Positions 25,869-38,930 of a stretch of DNA of 64,000 nt are shown here, piece by piece. Source of the DNA: Cetorhinus maximus (lineage: Eukaryota); the NCBI RefSeq assembly GCF_964194155.1, contig NC_135890.1:39370001-39434000 (forward strand). The letters run 5' to 3'. The notes under the pieces were generated by a model. The model worked only from the letters and a program-made list of their open reading frames with translations. It was not told the DNA's origin and did not search any database. The stretch's first letter is position 1. Every line of letters starts with the position of its first letter. The position numbers were made by a program, and so were the translations under genes.

Positions 25869-27314
25869 CCTGCGAAAGCAAGGAGAGATAACTAGTGCAT
25901 GGCAGTGGCCTGTGAAAGAGGACACATCACTCATAGCATGGTTGTCTGATGGATGTTGCACTGCTGGATCGTCACTTGGTAGAGCAGCACCGACTTCACT
26001 GTCAGCACAGGACCGGTCTGGTGCTTGTGGCTGGATTTTAAACAGCGTGTTTCCCGGGAATGCATAAATAATGAGGTGGGCTCGGGATGATACAGCATGA
26101 AAACCCGTCATTGCAGCCGGCGGGTAAAGGTCGTTTTACCCACCCGCTACTGCATTTAGTGCAAATTTGGAAAAATTCCGCCGTGTGTGAAATTGTTGCC
26201 AGTATTTAAGCAGAACTTCATTCTTTTAATGTAAGGAGGATTACATCTATTGCAGTTCCAACTCAGTATTTTTCCACTAAATCAAAATGTCCACACAGAA
26301 TACCAGCACCAAAACTTCACACACCACTTGTGCCTATAGCGGTTCCTCTTAGGAGTCTCACTTGAACTCTTATGTAGAATAAGAATCTTATGTAGAATTA
26401 GTCCCTTTTATGTAGAATTTCTAACACAGCATTCACCATCACTTGTTGAATTAGCAACAACTTGCATTCACATTGTGCCTTTAATACTTACAGCTTTCAG
26501 TCAAACAAAACCTAAAACAACATAAACAGGTCAGTCGGATGTATGCTTGTCGATAACAAGGGCTGCTCGTGATGAGTACAGTTATTATCAGAATCCACTG
26601 GTTAAAATCCCTAGTAATGCAAGAAAAGTTACATAGTTATGCATTAGATTGATATTTAGTTAGTTTCTAATTTAAATTTGTGTTGATCGGAGTCAGTGCA
26701 AGGGACAGGAGCACTTCTGCGGTTTAAGCTTACTACATTAATTAATTTAGATCATACATAACAAGCAGGAACAGACAGAAGCTCACTCTTTCTGCCTTAA
26801 AATAAACTTTGAAAAACACCTTTGCATCTGAACTAGAATGGATTTTTCAGTATCTGACACCACAGCAATCGGGTCTCTGAAAAATACTAGTAATTCAGTT
26901 CCAATTTGTGGGTAGTTTTATGTTGTGTCCCCAGAACCACTGCAGCCTGGGCTTAATATGCCTCAAGTTCACTTACACAGGAAACTTTCATCCCTTAAGT
27001 GTGGGGTGAACTTGAACACAGGTCACAGGGTGAATGGATAATCTTCTAACATGAAGTTATCAGATCAGTCATTTCAATAGTTTTTTTTTAAAACTTGTGC
27101 TATATAAAGTTCCAAGGATACAGAATTTTTTCCAGGAAATTTTTATTTAATCGTTTATCAGCTCAAGGTTTGCTTTTAAAACCGTAATAATGTATTCACC
27201 TTGACCATCCCAGTAAATTCCCCAAACAATCTACACAGGAAGTTACCAGTAGAATTATCAAGTGTAACCAATTGTTCTTTAACTGCTTCTAAATGTAGTC
27301 ATCAGTGTTATCTT

Positions 27315-27700
27315 GGCTTAGTGGCAGCAATGTCACCTTTGCTTTAGAAGGTTTTGTAGTCAACTAATTTTCAGAATTCAGTACATAATTTAGGTTCACA
27401 CTTCAGTGCATTGCAGAAAGTGTACTGTATCTTTCAGATGAAATATTAAACTGAGGCATCGTCTCCCTGCCCTAGCTGGATATGAAATGTGCCCAAACGC
27501 TATTTGAAGAAGAGGGGTTCTGGTGTCCAGGCCAACATTCTTCCCTCAACTAATATTATTAAAATAGATGAGCTACTCTGCCATTGTACTTACCCTTTGT
27601 GGATAGTTGCTGTCTGCAAAATATTTGCTGCATTTGCCTATACAGCTGAACCTGAGAATATCTCAGCTCAAAACAATTTTTATTCCTGGAAAAACATAAA
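27315..27700 (+). mobile_element. Deu-type SINE, diverged
   Basis: TGGCTTAGTGGCAGCA head and shared core. Confidence 0.55.
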
Positions 27701-28769
27701 TACATGCAAAGAAATGAAATTCCATCTATGTTGTAATCAGCTGGCAGGAGCTCAAGTTGATTGTGGGGGAGAAAAACTGGATTAAGACAGATAAGCCTAG
27801 CTAGATAATGCAGAGGTCAGGAAGGTGGCTGGTGAGCAATATACATTTGTTTTAAGTCCAAAGGAAATCTGGAGGTGCGGGATGAATTTCCGTTTTGAGC
27901 ACAAATTGTGCTAGTTTTCCAAAATTATTTTATGGTCAAACCCCTGTTCAAACTCATTTGCATATACACAAACGTAAATCGTCCATGAAATTGTGCAATC
28001 GGGCAGCATTTTAAAATAATATTTTTTGCACCGAGAGAACATTCTTTGATATATTTATAAGTGGAGATCTGGTATATTTTGATTAATACTGCTGAAAATG
28101 GACTTATCACAAAAAATAAGCATTTTAATAACCCGCTAGTTTTTGAGTAACCTGATTTTAAATAATTAATATGACTTTAAAACAACTATAGATAACTACT
28201 TACTGGTTTCATTGGTGTTCTATAGTCAGTTTCTTAGTAAATTAAATAACTTTTAATATTAAAAGTTCCCTATTGGTACCCCGCTTAAAAGTTCAAGTTT
28301 AATAATCCAGGCTTTGCTTCAGTGCAGTATTGACGGAATGCTGCTTAATTGTAAGAGCCTTCCCAAAGGCCCACAAACAGACACAAATAGTGGAAATGCA
28401 CCATGGTGATTAATTTAATCTGGGGGCATTGGTGTTGTGGGGAGGGCTGAATTCCAGCACAACGTTTTTTAAACTAGCGCAAAAGATTGCACAAACTTAG
28501 GCTGTGCTGAACGCATCTTGTGCATGAAATTCTGCAATTTTTGATGCTGGCTTGGTCAATTTGGGGTGAGTTGTCTGGAAACCCAATGGAACTCTAGATA
28601 ATGGAATGAGCCAAATGAATTAGGCAGAGGTTGAGATGAAGGCAATTGAAATGATCACAATACTTTATTATTCCTTCACCTGCATTAGGAAAATTTGTGG
28701 GGGGAAAAAAGCATGTAACGGAACCATACAGATCAGAAATTCCCAAAGAATCAGAAAGTTTTGGGTTTT

Positions 28770-29105
28770 AGCACCACTTTAGGAGTTGAGCACATAATCT
28801 TTAGTACAGTACTGAAGGAGTGCTGCATTGTTAAAGCAGTCACCCTTAGGATGACATGTTAAACCAAGATCCTGTCTGCAATTAAAGATCTGATGATACT
28901 CTTTCAAGAAAGCGCAGAGCTCCCCCAGTGTCCCAGGCAACATTAATTCTTCAACCAACAACAGTTTAACTACTCATTCGTCTGATTTCTAATGGCGAAA
29001 TCTTTTGTAAATTAACTGTCACAGTCATCTACATAGCTGCATTTTAAATTAAATCATTGTATATATAAAAAAATCTTTGAATTGTCCTAGGATGCTATAT
29101 AAACA
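28770..29105 (+). mobile_element. Deu-type SINE, diverged
   Basis: TTGAGCACATAATC...CAGTACTGAAGGAGTGCTGCATTG core. Confidence 0.55.
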
Positions 29106-29164
29106 TATATATTTTACTTTCTTTCATATTCTATTCCTGATCTGTATTGGGTTTAAGAAACAAA

Positions 29165-29550
29165 GAACTTACATTTATCTAGCAGTTTTCATGTCAGAAT
29201 GTCTCAAATGGTTTGAAAGTAATTAAATATTTTAAAAATATAATGACTCTTGTTTTGTAACCAAACTTGGCAGAAGACTGCACAAAGAACAAGATGCATG
29301 TCTAGTTAATATGTTTTGGTGATTTGTTTGAGGAATGAATGATGGCCAGGTCACTCTGTGAGAGAACTTCCTACTTTTCAAAAAAATGTCATGAGATCAT
29401 TTACATCCATCTGAACAGGCAGACTGGTTCTCATTTGAACATCTCTTCTGACATTGTAGCACTCTTTCAATACTGCACTGAAGTATCAGCCTGGATTTTT
29501 AAACATGAACTTAAATCTTTTGATTGTTGCTACTGAGCCAAGCTGAGACT
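29165..29550 (-). mobile_element. Deu-type SINE, diverged
   Basis: Reverse complement of the same family. Confidence 0.5.
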
Positions 29551-29680
29551 CTGCTTTCAGCTGGACCCTATCCAAGTGACATTATGATTCACCTTAGCCC
29601 AGTGTTGGGGAAGAGAAAATCAGCAAGTGTTCCTGCTCTTGATTGTAGCATGGGTCACTGAAAACAAAGTGCTAATATGT

Positions 29681-29779
29681 TCTGTTGAAGAGTCATACGG
29701 ACTCGAAACATCAACTGTGTTCCTCTCCACAGATGCTGCCAGACCTGCTGAGTTTTTCCAGGTATTTTTATTTTTGTTT
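29681..29779 (+). mobile_element. Solo pLTR-like element starting at the hammerhead motif
   Basis: CTGTTGA-A-GAGTC-atacg-GACTC-GAAACATCAACT...; TSD TGCTAATATGT (29670-29680, 29780-29790). Confidence 0.75.
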
Positions 29780-31924
29780 TGCTAATATGTACTGTCTAGA
29801 CTTACATAAGGAAAGTCCATTTGGGCAAAGAAGTAGAAACACAGGCTTTTGTGGAACTGTACCAAAGCAGGATTCAATACTTTCAGGAAGGGAGGCTGGG
29901 AGAAAATGTGCAACAAAAGAAATAAACTGCGGTTTCCTCCAATCTTATCATATACTAACTTTCTCATCATTCACTTATTTCAATGTATCGGGGATATGTA
30001 CTTCACTTATAAATATAATGGAACAGTGCACTGTTGGGTACCATACTTTGAACAAGATCAAAGATATTAAAGTGGAGGCTGAATTGCATCTTGTGATGTG
30101 TACTACAGAATGTGAATTAATTTTAATAGGGTTTCAGAGCAAATTCATTTTCCCTTCTATTTGTTCTTCAGCCATGTTGTTTAAGGAATTCTACCATTGA
30201 GAATAACACTGATGGGTTAAATCTATATTGATTTTCTGAGAACAGTATCTGCAGGCTGCAATGTACTGTCAACAGACCTTAGTTATGTTCCACATGAACC
30301 ACAGTCTGACTTGCAGCATGATGGTGTGACAATGTACCTGTACGCACATGTCCTTGTAGACTTCCAGCAGTTCACTTCTAAAACAGCATGAGCTGCAGCA
30401 CTTCTTATTTGTACAACCCAACATTAAAAATATTCCAAATGGAGTATTAAGAGTTGGATCACCTACAGACTATTAAATGTATTTTTCCTTTGGGCTGGCG
30501 TTATAATGAAACCGATGAGTACTTGAAGAAGCATGTTTATGAATTAGTGCTTTTGGGTATCATCTGGACACGATACAAGCAATACTTGTAATGTTGATGT
30601 AAATCTGAAATTGCTTCACATTAAATGCAAAAGTGTGGTATAACTGCATATGTCCCACATTGAGAACAGGTCCATTAATCCTAACTATATAAAATAATTC
30701 AATTTTTTTTTAGGCAATGCATGGATAGAAGTATATTCCAATTGTAGTTGCAACTTAATAATGTACAAGTTGAAAAAAAAACAGGCTGCAGAATAGTTTG
30801 TTTTTTTGAATAACTGAACAAGGATATGGTGGGTGTTCAAAATTACTATGGAGAAAAATAGGAAATAATACTTTCACAAATCTGTCAATAATTATGTAAA
30901 TTAACATAAATATTTCTAAAATAAATGGTGATTTATCCAAACACCACTTTTAACTAACTCAGAGAGGGATTACTGGATGACTAAACTAATCAAAAATAAT
31001 GACTTTATTTTGGACTTTTCCCTCTTGTGTAATGTACAATGAGGCAATAGGTCAAAGATAGCATTATTGTTCAAATCAGAAACTGTATACATTATTATTG
31101 AGTGAAAGCTGTGGTTTATGTGGACATTGTTACATATTTTGTCTAATAACAGATAAGGAAATGATGTGTCACTGTTGCAAACGCGAGCTAAGGGCACTTC
31201 TGAATGTTTCGTAATGTTGAAAATGCAATATAGTACTTTGATTTATAGATGGCAATGATGTGCAACAACATGAAAAATGCAATGCTGACCAACCAGCTAC
31301 TTTTTTAAATAAATGATTTAGCAATTTAACCTTGAGGACCTCAAGTGAAGTTACTACATATAATCATATATCATGATTATTCCCTTATTATTTTGAACTC
31401 CCCATGGAAATACCTGTAAATTCCTATAGCTAAGCACCGGGTGTTAAACACAGAAGGCAGTTATCTGGCTGTACATGTTTCCATTCCAAATCTTCATCAA
31501 CTCTTCACTTAAAAGATATGCTCTATACCCCAACTATTCCTTGTGCGAAGCATTTCATGCTCCAACAACTCTGCATAAATACCTTTCTCCTAACCTCAGT
31601 TCTCCCTTAGTATCTATTTTAAATCAATGTCCTTCTCGTCACTGACTCCCCAATCAAAGGAGTATTTTCATTCTATTATAATCTTTCATTATTTAAAACC
31701 CTCTCTGCCATCTCTAATTCAGTGGAAGCAGTACCAGTATATTAAGTCCCTCCTTGCATCTATAGTGTCTCATCCCTAGTGATTCTCTATGGCTTTAATG
31801 TTCTTTGTAATAAGAGTGCCCAAAATGGCATACTATGGTCTAAATTGTATAGTACAAATGCATCATTATCTTTGCTCTTGAATGCTAAACCTCTGTTTAC
31901 AAATCACACAATGCTCTTGACCTT

Positions 31925-32530
31925 TATTCTTTCAAGGGATGCGGGTGTTGCTAGCAGGACCAGCATTTGTCACCCATCCCTAATTGCCCTTGAACTGAGT
32001 GGCTTGCTAGGCCATTTCAGAGGGCTGTTAAGAGTCAACCACATTGCCGTGGGTCTGGAGTCACAACTAGGCTAGACTGGCAGATTTCCTTTGTTAAAGG
32101 GCATCAAGGAATCAGATGGGTTTTTACAACAATTGATGATAGCTGTCATGGTCGCCATTACTGAGATTAGCTTTATATTGCAGATTTATTAACTGATGTC
32201 AAATACCACGAGCTGCCATGGTAAAATTTGAACTCATTTTCCAGAGCATTACAAAAACAAAAATAGCTGGAAAAACTCAGCAGGTCTGACAGCATCTGCG
32301 GAGAGGAATACAGTTAACGTTTCGAGTCCGAATGACTCTTCATCAGGGTCATACGGACTCAAAACGTTAACTGTATTCCTCTCCACAGATGCTGCCAGAC
32401 CTGAGTTTTTCCAGCTATTTTTGTTTTTGTTTCAGGTTTCCAGCATCCGCAGTATTTTGCTTTTATCTTTCCAGAGCATTAGTCTGGGCTTTTTGATTAC
32501 TAGTCCAATAACATTACCACACCACCATGT
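31925..32530 (-). mobile_element. HE1-like SINE interrupted by a palindromic insert
   Basis: Homologous to 34805-35125; LINE-derived 3' tail. Confidence 0.7.
32252..32467. mobile_element. Penelope-pLTR-like inverted-repeat element with hammerhead core
   Basis: Inverted arms; minus strand CTGATGA-A-GAGTC-attcg-GACTC-GAAACGTTAACT (32346-32312); 14-bp TSD TTTCCAGAGCATTA (32238-32251, 32468-32481). Confidence 0.8.
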
Positions 32531-33199
32531 CTCCCTCTTTATCTACTTGTAGGGATAGCACATTTTAATTTCTAGATGTCCCTTTTTATTTACATCCTTC
32601 ATTGTCTTTCCGTTCCTTGTTTTCATCCCAACATGCTTTATCTTATACTTTTCCGCATTAAATAGCATCACCCATTTGTGTAACCATCTCAATAACCAGG
32701 TTCCATTCTCCCTAAAACTTAAAAGCCTTATCAATGTTTACCAAATTCCTATTGTGTAATCAACAAATTTTATTCTCATGCTTTCTATGCCCAAGTATAT
32801 ATTTTATATTTAATTATACAGAATAAAAACAGATCCAGCATTGATCACCAGATTACATTTTCAAACCCTTCTCCAATTAATTGTAACCACCTTGTCAACC
32901 AAATTTCTAACTATTTTTGCTAAATTTTCTCATGCTCCACATTTAAATTTGTAACTAGCCTCCTGTGACATATTTTATTGACTGTCTTCTGAAAATCTAG
33001 AATATACCAGGGTAAAAATTCTGATTTTTCTGTCCATTAAAGTGAAGCAAGATTTTTACCCCACTCTAGTTGCTGCATCCCCTTCAGAATACTCTGTTAA
33101 ATGTGTTGAACATAACTTGCCTTTAATAAACCCACAAGAGTTATCCTGATTATTCCACAGGTGTTAGAGGATCTTTGGAATACCTGTATCTACTTATAT

Positions 33200-33995
33200 T
33201 GAGCATATATGGTATTCAGCCCAACTGGTCTATGCTGGTTATTATGCCCCATTAATTTTCCCCCACTCTACTTCATCTAATCCTATCAGAATATCCTTCT
33301 ATTCCTTTCTCCTCATCTGGTTTCTCCTTAAATACGTCTATGATAATTATCTCAACTCCTCCTTGTGATAGAATGTTCCACATTTTTATCACTCTTTAGT
33401 TAAATAAGTTTTTCCTGAATTCCCTGTTGGGTTTATTAGCGACTATATTATACTTATGGCCTCCAGTTCTGGTCTCCCCAACAAGTGGAAACATTTTCTT
33501 TATTTTCCCGACCAAAGTCCTACAGTACCTTAAAGATCTCTGTCAGGTCATCCCTCAGGCTTCCCTTTCCTAGAGGAAATAAACCCAGCCTGTTCAGCAG
33601 TTCATGAAATTTATAGCCTCTCAGTTCTGGTATCATTCTTGTGAACTGTGTTTTCACCAACAACAATGCTTGTATATTCTTTATATATTATGCAGACCAA
33701 AACTGTGCACAGACCTCTTAAGCGCGGTCTAAGCAAGGTTCGATAAAAGTTTAACATAGCTTCCCTGCATTTCAATTCTCTCTCTCTAGAACTAAAGCTT
33801 GGTGCTTGATTTGCTTTCCCCCCCCCCCAAAATAGTCTAACTAACCTGTGTCATTGCTTTTAGTATCTGTATTTGTACCTTGATCCCTTTGTTCCTCTAT
33901 TCCAGACTCTTATTATCCAAGCAGAATGTGGCAGCCTAATTGTTTCTACAGAAATTCACCGCCTCACACTTATTTGCATTGAAATTCATTTGCCA
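33200..33995 (-). mobile_element. Old CR1 fragment
   Basis: Degenerate reverse complement of CR1 ORF2 C-terminus and 3' UTR. Confidence 0.6.
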
Positions 33996-34804
33996 TGTTA
34001 CAGTTAAATATAGGGTACAGAAGGTACTTCATTTGGCATCTTGCACTTTATGTAAGTATGGTATATAAATTATGGACTAAATGTTTTATCCTCCACTTAC
34101 AAATATGTCTTCAGGTACAATGAGGACCACTTGCTTAGTAGATTGTCCATATGCTTAGTTTGGTGTGGTAAATGGACGTCAGGTTAAAGTGCGAATTCTG
34201 TGAAATCAGACATTTACTTGAAAAACTGAACATTTTGATTGCTATAACTGCCAAAATTCACAGCTTTAATCCACGTAAAATATTGGTCTTGAACTCAGAT
34301 CAATTGAGCAATGAAACAAACTCACAAAATGTAATTTTGCAATATAACCAAGCTCAATTAACCCTCTGCTTTTAACTTTTGGCTGAAGATTAAAAACAAA
34401 ATACACAACAACCTACAACATGGGTGTAGATTTGTGTGAAGATTCCATCAAATCCAATCTTTCTTTACATCCTAAATGAAGTACCAGGATTGTTTTAGAC
34501 ATTAAGCAAAGCCAGCTGCTGCAAAATTCTTGTCGTAAAACCCTGATATCTATCTTATGAAGTTTTTCATTGCCATCAGATCACTTAAAACATTTAATCA
34601 AAATCTGCAAGTGTAAATATTTTATTCTGTTAATTAAACTAAAGAAAAGAATGTGGGTTTATTATTCAATTAACATAATTAGATAAATTTAGCTTTAGGA
34701 ACATTTAAAATAGTTACAAAAGAAGGCAACTATAAATTGACAGTCATATCAAAAGCAATATTTTTGTATTCCTAAGGAATAATCTGCCTTTTTCTTATTA
34801 TTTA

Positions 34805-35125
34805 ATTCATTCACAGGATGTGGTTAGGCCAGCATTTATTGCCCATCCTTAATTGCCCTTGTTCAGAGAGCATTTAAGAGTCAACCACATTGCTGTGGGT
34901 CTGGAGTCATACCTGGCTAGACCAGATAAGGACGTTAGATTTCCTTCCCCATAGGATATTAGTGAACCAGATGGGTTTTTACAACAATCGACATTGGTTT
35001 CATGGTAATCATTAGACTTCAAATGCAAATTCCACCATCTGCCATGGTGGAATTCGAACTCTGGTCCCCAGGGCATTACCCTGGGTCTCTATATTACCAG
35101 TCCAGTGACAATATCACTATGCCAC
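34805..35125 (-). mobile_element. HE1-like tRNA-derived SINE
   Basis: TGGCATAGTGA A box, GTTCGAATTC B box; 3' tail matches the LINE tail at 15507 and 42975. Confidence 0.8.
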
Positions 35126-35248
35126 CTATTGCCCTTTGTGTTGAAGATTTTCCCCCAAGGTATTCTTTATCCCAAGAAGTCTTTCACATACAAGCACAAA
35201 ACATAACACAGAAAATGCCAGCCTTAGCTCATTGGTAGCATTCTTGCC

Positions 35249-36740
35249 AGTGGTCATCTTCTGAAATTCTATAGACTCTGGAACAGTTCCTACAGATTGA
35301 AGGGTAGCCAATGTAATCCCACTATTTAAAAAGGGAGGTAGAAAGAAAATAGGGAATTATAGACCAGTCAGCCTGATGTCAGTAGTGGGGAAAATTCTAG
35401 AGTCCATTATAAAAGATTTAATAGCTGAGCACTTGGAAAACAGTGGCAGAATCGGACAGAATCAGCATGGATTTACGAAAGGGAAATCATGCTTGACAAA
35501 TCTACTGGAATTTTTCGAGGATGTAACTAGTAGAGTTGATGAGGGGGAGCCAGTGGATGTGGTTTATTTGGACTTTCAGAAGGCTTTCGACAAAGTCCCA
35601 CATAAGAGATTAGCATGTAAAATTAAAGCACATGGGATTGGAGGGGGGTGGGTAGTGTATTGAGATGGATAGAAAACTGGTTGGCAGACAGGAAAAAAAG
35701 AATTGGAATAAACGGGTCTTTTTCCGAATGGCAGGCAGTGACTAGTGGGGTACTGCACCTATTCACAATATGTATTAATGATTTAGATGAGGGAACTAAA
35801 TGTAACATCTCCAAATTTGCAGATGACACAAAGCTGGGTGGGAGGGTGAGCTGTGAGGAGGATGCAGAGATGCTTCAGTGTGGTTTGGACAAGCTGAGTG
35901 AGTGGGCAAATGCATGGCAGATGCAGCATAATGTGGATAAATGTGAGGTTATCCACTTTGGTAGCAAAAACAGGAAGGCAGATTATTATCTGAATGGCTA
36001 AAATTGAGAGAGGGGAATGTGCAACGAGACCTGGGTGTCCACGTGCACCAGTCGCTGAAGGTAAGCATGCAGGTGTAGCAGGCGGTAAAGAAGGCAAATG
36101 GTACATTGGCCTTCATAGCGAGAGGATTCGAGTACAGGAGCAGGGATGTCTTGCTGCAATTATACAGGGCCTTGGTGAGACCACACGTGGAATATTGTGT
36201 GCAGTTTTGGTCTCCTTATCTGAGCAAGGATGTTCTTGCTATGGAGGGAGTGCAGCGAAGGTTTACCAGATTGATTCCTGGGATGGCGGGACTGACATAT
36301 GAGGAGAGATTGAGTCGGTTCGGATTATATTCGCTGGAGTTCAGAAGAATGAGGGGGGATCTCATAGAAATCTATAAAATTCTAACAGGACTAGACAGGA
36401 TAGATACAGGAAGGATGTTCCCGATAGTGGGGGAGTCCAGAACCAGGGGTTGCAGTCTGAGGATACAGGGTAGACCATTTAGGACTGAGATGAGGAGAAA
36501 TTCTTTCACCCAGAGAGTGGTGATCCTGTGGAATTTGTTACCACAGAAAGTAGTTGAGGCCAAAATATTGTATGTTTTCAAGAAGGAGTTGGATATAGCT
36601 CTTGGGGTGAAAGGGATCAAAGGATATGGGGAGAAAGCAGGAGCAGACTATTCAGTTGGGTGATCAGCCATGATCGTAATGGCGGAGCAGGCTTAAAGGG
36701 CCAAATGGCCCACTCCTGCTCCTATTTTCTATGTTTCTAT
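35249..36740 (+). mobile_element. CR1 LINE, 5'-truncated ORF2
   Basis: QHGFTKGKSCLTNLLEFFE, YLDFQKAFDKVPH, KFADDTKL, LVRPHVEYCVQFWSP; TTCTATGT tail. Confidence 0.95.
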
Positions 36741-36779
36741 ACAAAAGGTCATGGGGGAGGTATTGAGACTTGAGCAAGT

Positions 36780-37135
36780 AATTCAGGCTGACACTTCAGT
36801 GCAGTACTAAGAAAATGTTGGAGATGCCATCTTTCAGATAAGACATGAAACCAAGGAGCCCCATCTGTCTGCTTGGGTGGATGTAGAAGATCCCATTGTA
36901 CTATTTTGAAGAAGAACAAGGGAACTTTCTCAGTGTCCTGGTTAATATTCATCCCTCAACCAAAACCACCATCTGGTGACATATCTTATTGCCATTTGAA
37001 GACCTTACTGCAAACATATTGGCTGCTGTGTTTCCTACATTAAATGTTAGCTTCACTTTAAAAGTACCTCATTGATTGTAAAGCATTTTGGGAATATCTT
37101 GAGAACATGAATTATGCTATATAAATGTAAGACTT
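36780..37135 (+). mobile_element. Deu-type SINE (5' truncated)
   Basis: GGCTGACACTTCAGTGCAGTACT...GATCCCAT..CTATTTTGAAGAAGA core. Confidence 0.65.
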
Positions 37136-38357
37136 TTAATTTTCCTTTGATTAATTTCCCATTTTCTGCCTTGATTTTCATCTTGAAGAAATAATATTTT
37201 TCTTTATTTAATAGTGAAAATTTGGCATTTTACATAAAGTATCTACTTTTAAAAATTGTTTGGCTTTAGCCTTTATTCTGTCCCACACATTGTTCCCAGC
37301 CTTAGAACAGAAGTCTGAGAAGAGCTTTGTACAGCTGTTTAAAGTGCCATAAGCATCAAGCACCATATGCTCAGTGACAGATTTCGGCTTTACAACAATG
37401 AAGGGGACAAAATAATTTCCAAAAATCCAAACAAAAATGCATATTATAACACTAACTACTTTTAAACAGCTATGCAGTTTGAGGAGTGCATGGAGAAAAA
37501 TTGCTGAGCAATAGATCAGGCCTTTTATACAATGCAGTGAGACTTGACCAAGTCAACTGTTAAAATATTTTTACAGGTCGAATATTCATAGAAGGCAAAT
37601 GACTATGGCTTTTATTCAAAATAAAATATTCAAGTCCACTGGCTGGGTTCATGGCAAAGTTTTGCTTCCAGCAACGTTTAATGACCTTCCTTCACTCTCT
37701 GTATAAATACCCAGTACGTGCAGACACACATGCTCAGAAGCAGATTGATTGTATCTTTATTTAGACTTATGCTTAAATGCTTTTTCAGGATGTTAGATAG
37801 TAACCATCGTTAAAAATATACCCAGATTTAACAATTTAAGTGAATTTAACCAAATAAGTAATAATATACAATTAAACTCTGGGCTGCAGCAGGCTGAAAA
37901 TCATTTATCTTCCTCATCCCAAAACGTTGTGCAATGCAGTCATCTATCCTTAGAACTACAACTGTTGACATATTCAGAAACAATCTTTCACATTAAATTA
38001 ATTCCGATGCCATACAGTGGTCAACATACACATAGCGTGAATAGATGGTTAGTGGGATAACAGCAGAAGTCTGACCTAAGTGTGATCTTAACTGGAAACC
38101 AGTTGAAAGTGAAGCAATGACGTAGAATAATGCACTTTAATGTCTAATTATCATAAACAATAAAAATAAAGAACAGAAGTACCTTTAAATAGCCATCCTT
38201 GCCTATAATGTTTAAATGCTTTGCATTCCTCAGCTTGTGTACTGCAGTCCAAATATTCACAAAACAATTTAACATTCTATGCATCCAGGATACGATGCAA
38301 AATAATTAGCTAGGTACATGTCTGAATATAAGCATAAGTAAATCACATGCTTTATAT

Positions 38358-38930
38358 TTTTTCATGGGATGTGGCGTCACTGACTAGGTCAGCATTTTAT
38401 TGCCCATCCCTAACTGCCCTTGAGGTGATGTTGAGCCACCTTCTTGAGCCCCTGCAGTCCATGAGGTGTAGGTACCCAGAGTGCTGTTAGGCAGGGAGTT
38501 CCAGGATTTTGATCCAGCGACAGTGAAAGAACAGCGACATAGTTCCAAGTTAGGATGGTGTGTGGTTTGGAGGGGAACTTGTAGGTGGTGGTGTTCCCAT
38601 GCATCTACTGCTCTTGTCCTTCTAGGTGGTAGAGGTTGTGGGTTTGGAAGGTGCTGTTGAAGGAGTCTTGGTGAGTTGTTGCAGTGCAATTGTAGATGGC
38701 ACACACTGCTGCCACTGTGCGGTGATGGTGGTGGTGGAGTGAGCGGATGTTGAAGGTAGTGGATGGGGTGCCAATAAAGCGGCTGTTTTGTCCTGGATGG
38801 CGTTGAGTTTCTTGAGTGTTATTGGAGCTGCACTCACCCAGGCAAGTGGACAGTATTCCATCATCATACTCCTGACATGTGCCTTGTAGATGGTGAACAG
38901 GCTTTGAGGAGTCAGGAGATGAGTTACTCA
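38358..38930 (-). mobile_element. HER1-like LINE 3' fragment
   Basis: MEYCPLAWVSAAPITLKKLNAIQDK; homologous to 15500-16080. Confidence 0.88.

Larger units (their letters stand above)
22075..26183 (+). mobile_element. PIF/Harbinger DNA transposon, decayed
   Basis: TIRs GGGCGGAATTTT / AAAAATTCCGCC; transposase on plus strand, convergent second-ORF remnants on minus; internal GC-rich repeats 22480-22700. Confidence 0.88.

Noticed and set aside
26560-26650. Intronic C/D snoRNA (GTGATGA)
   Set aside because: No properly placed D box or terminal stem.
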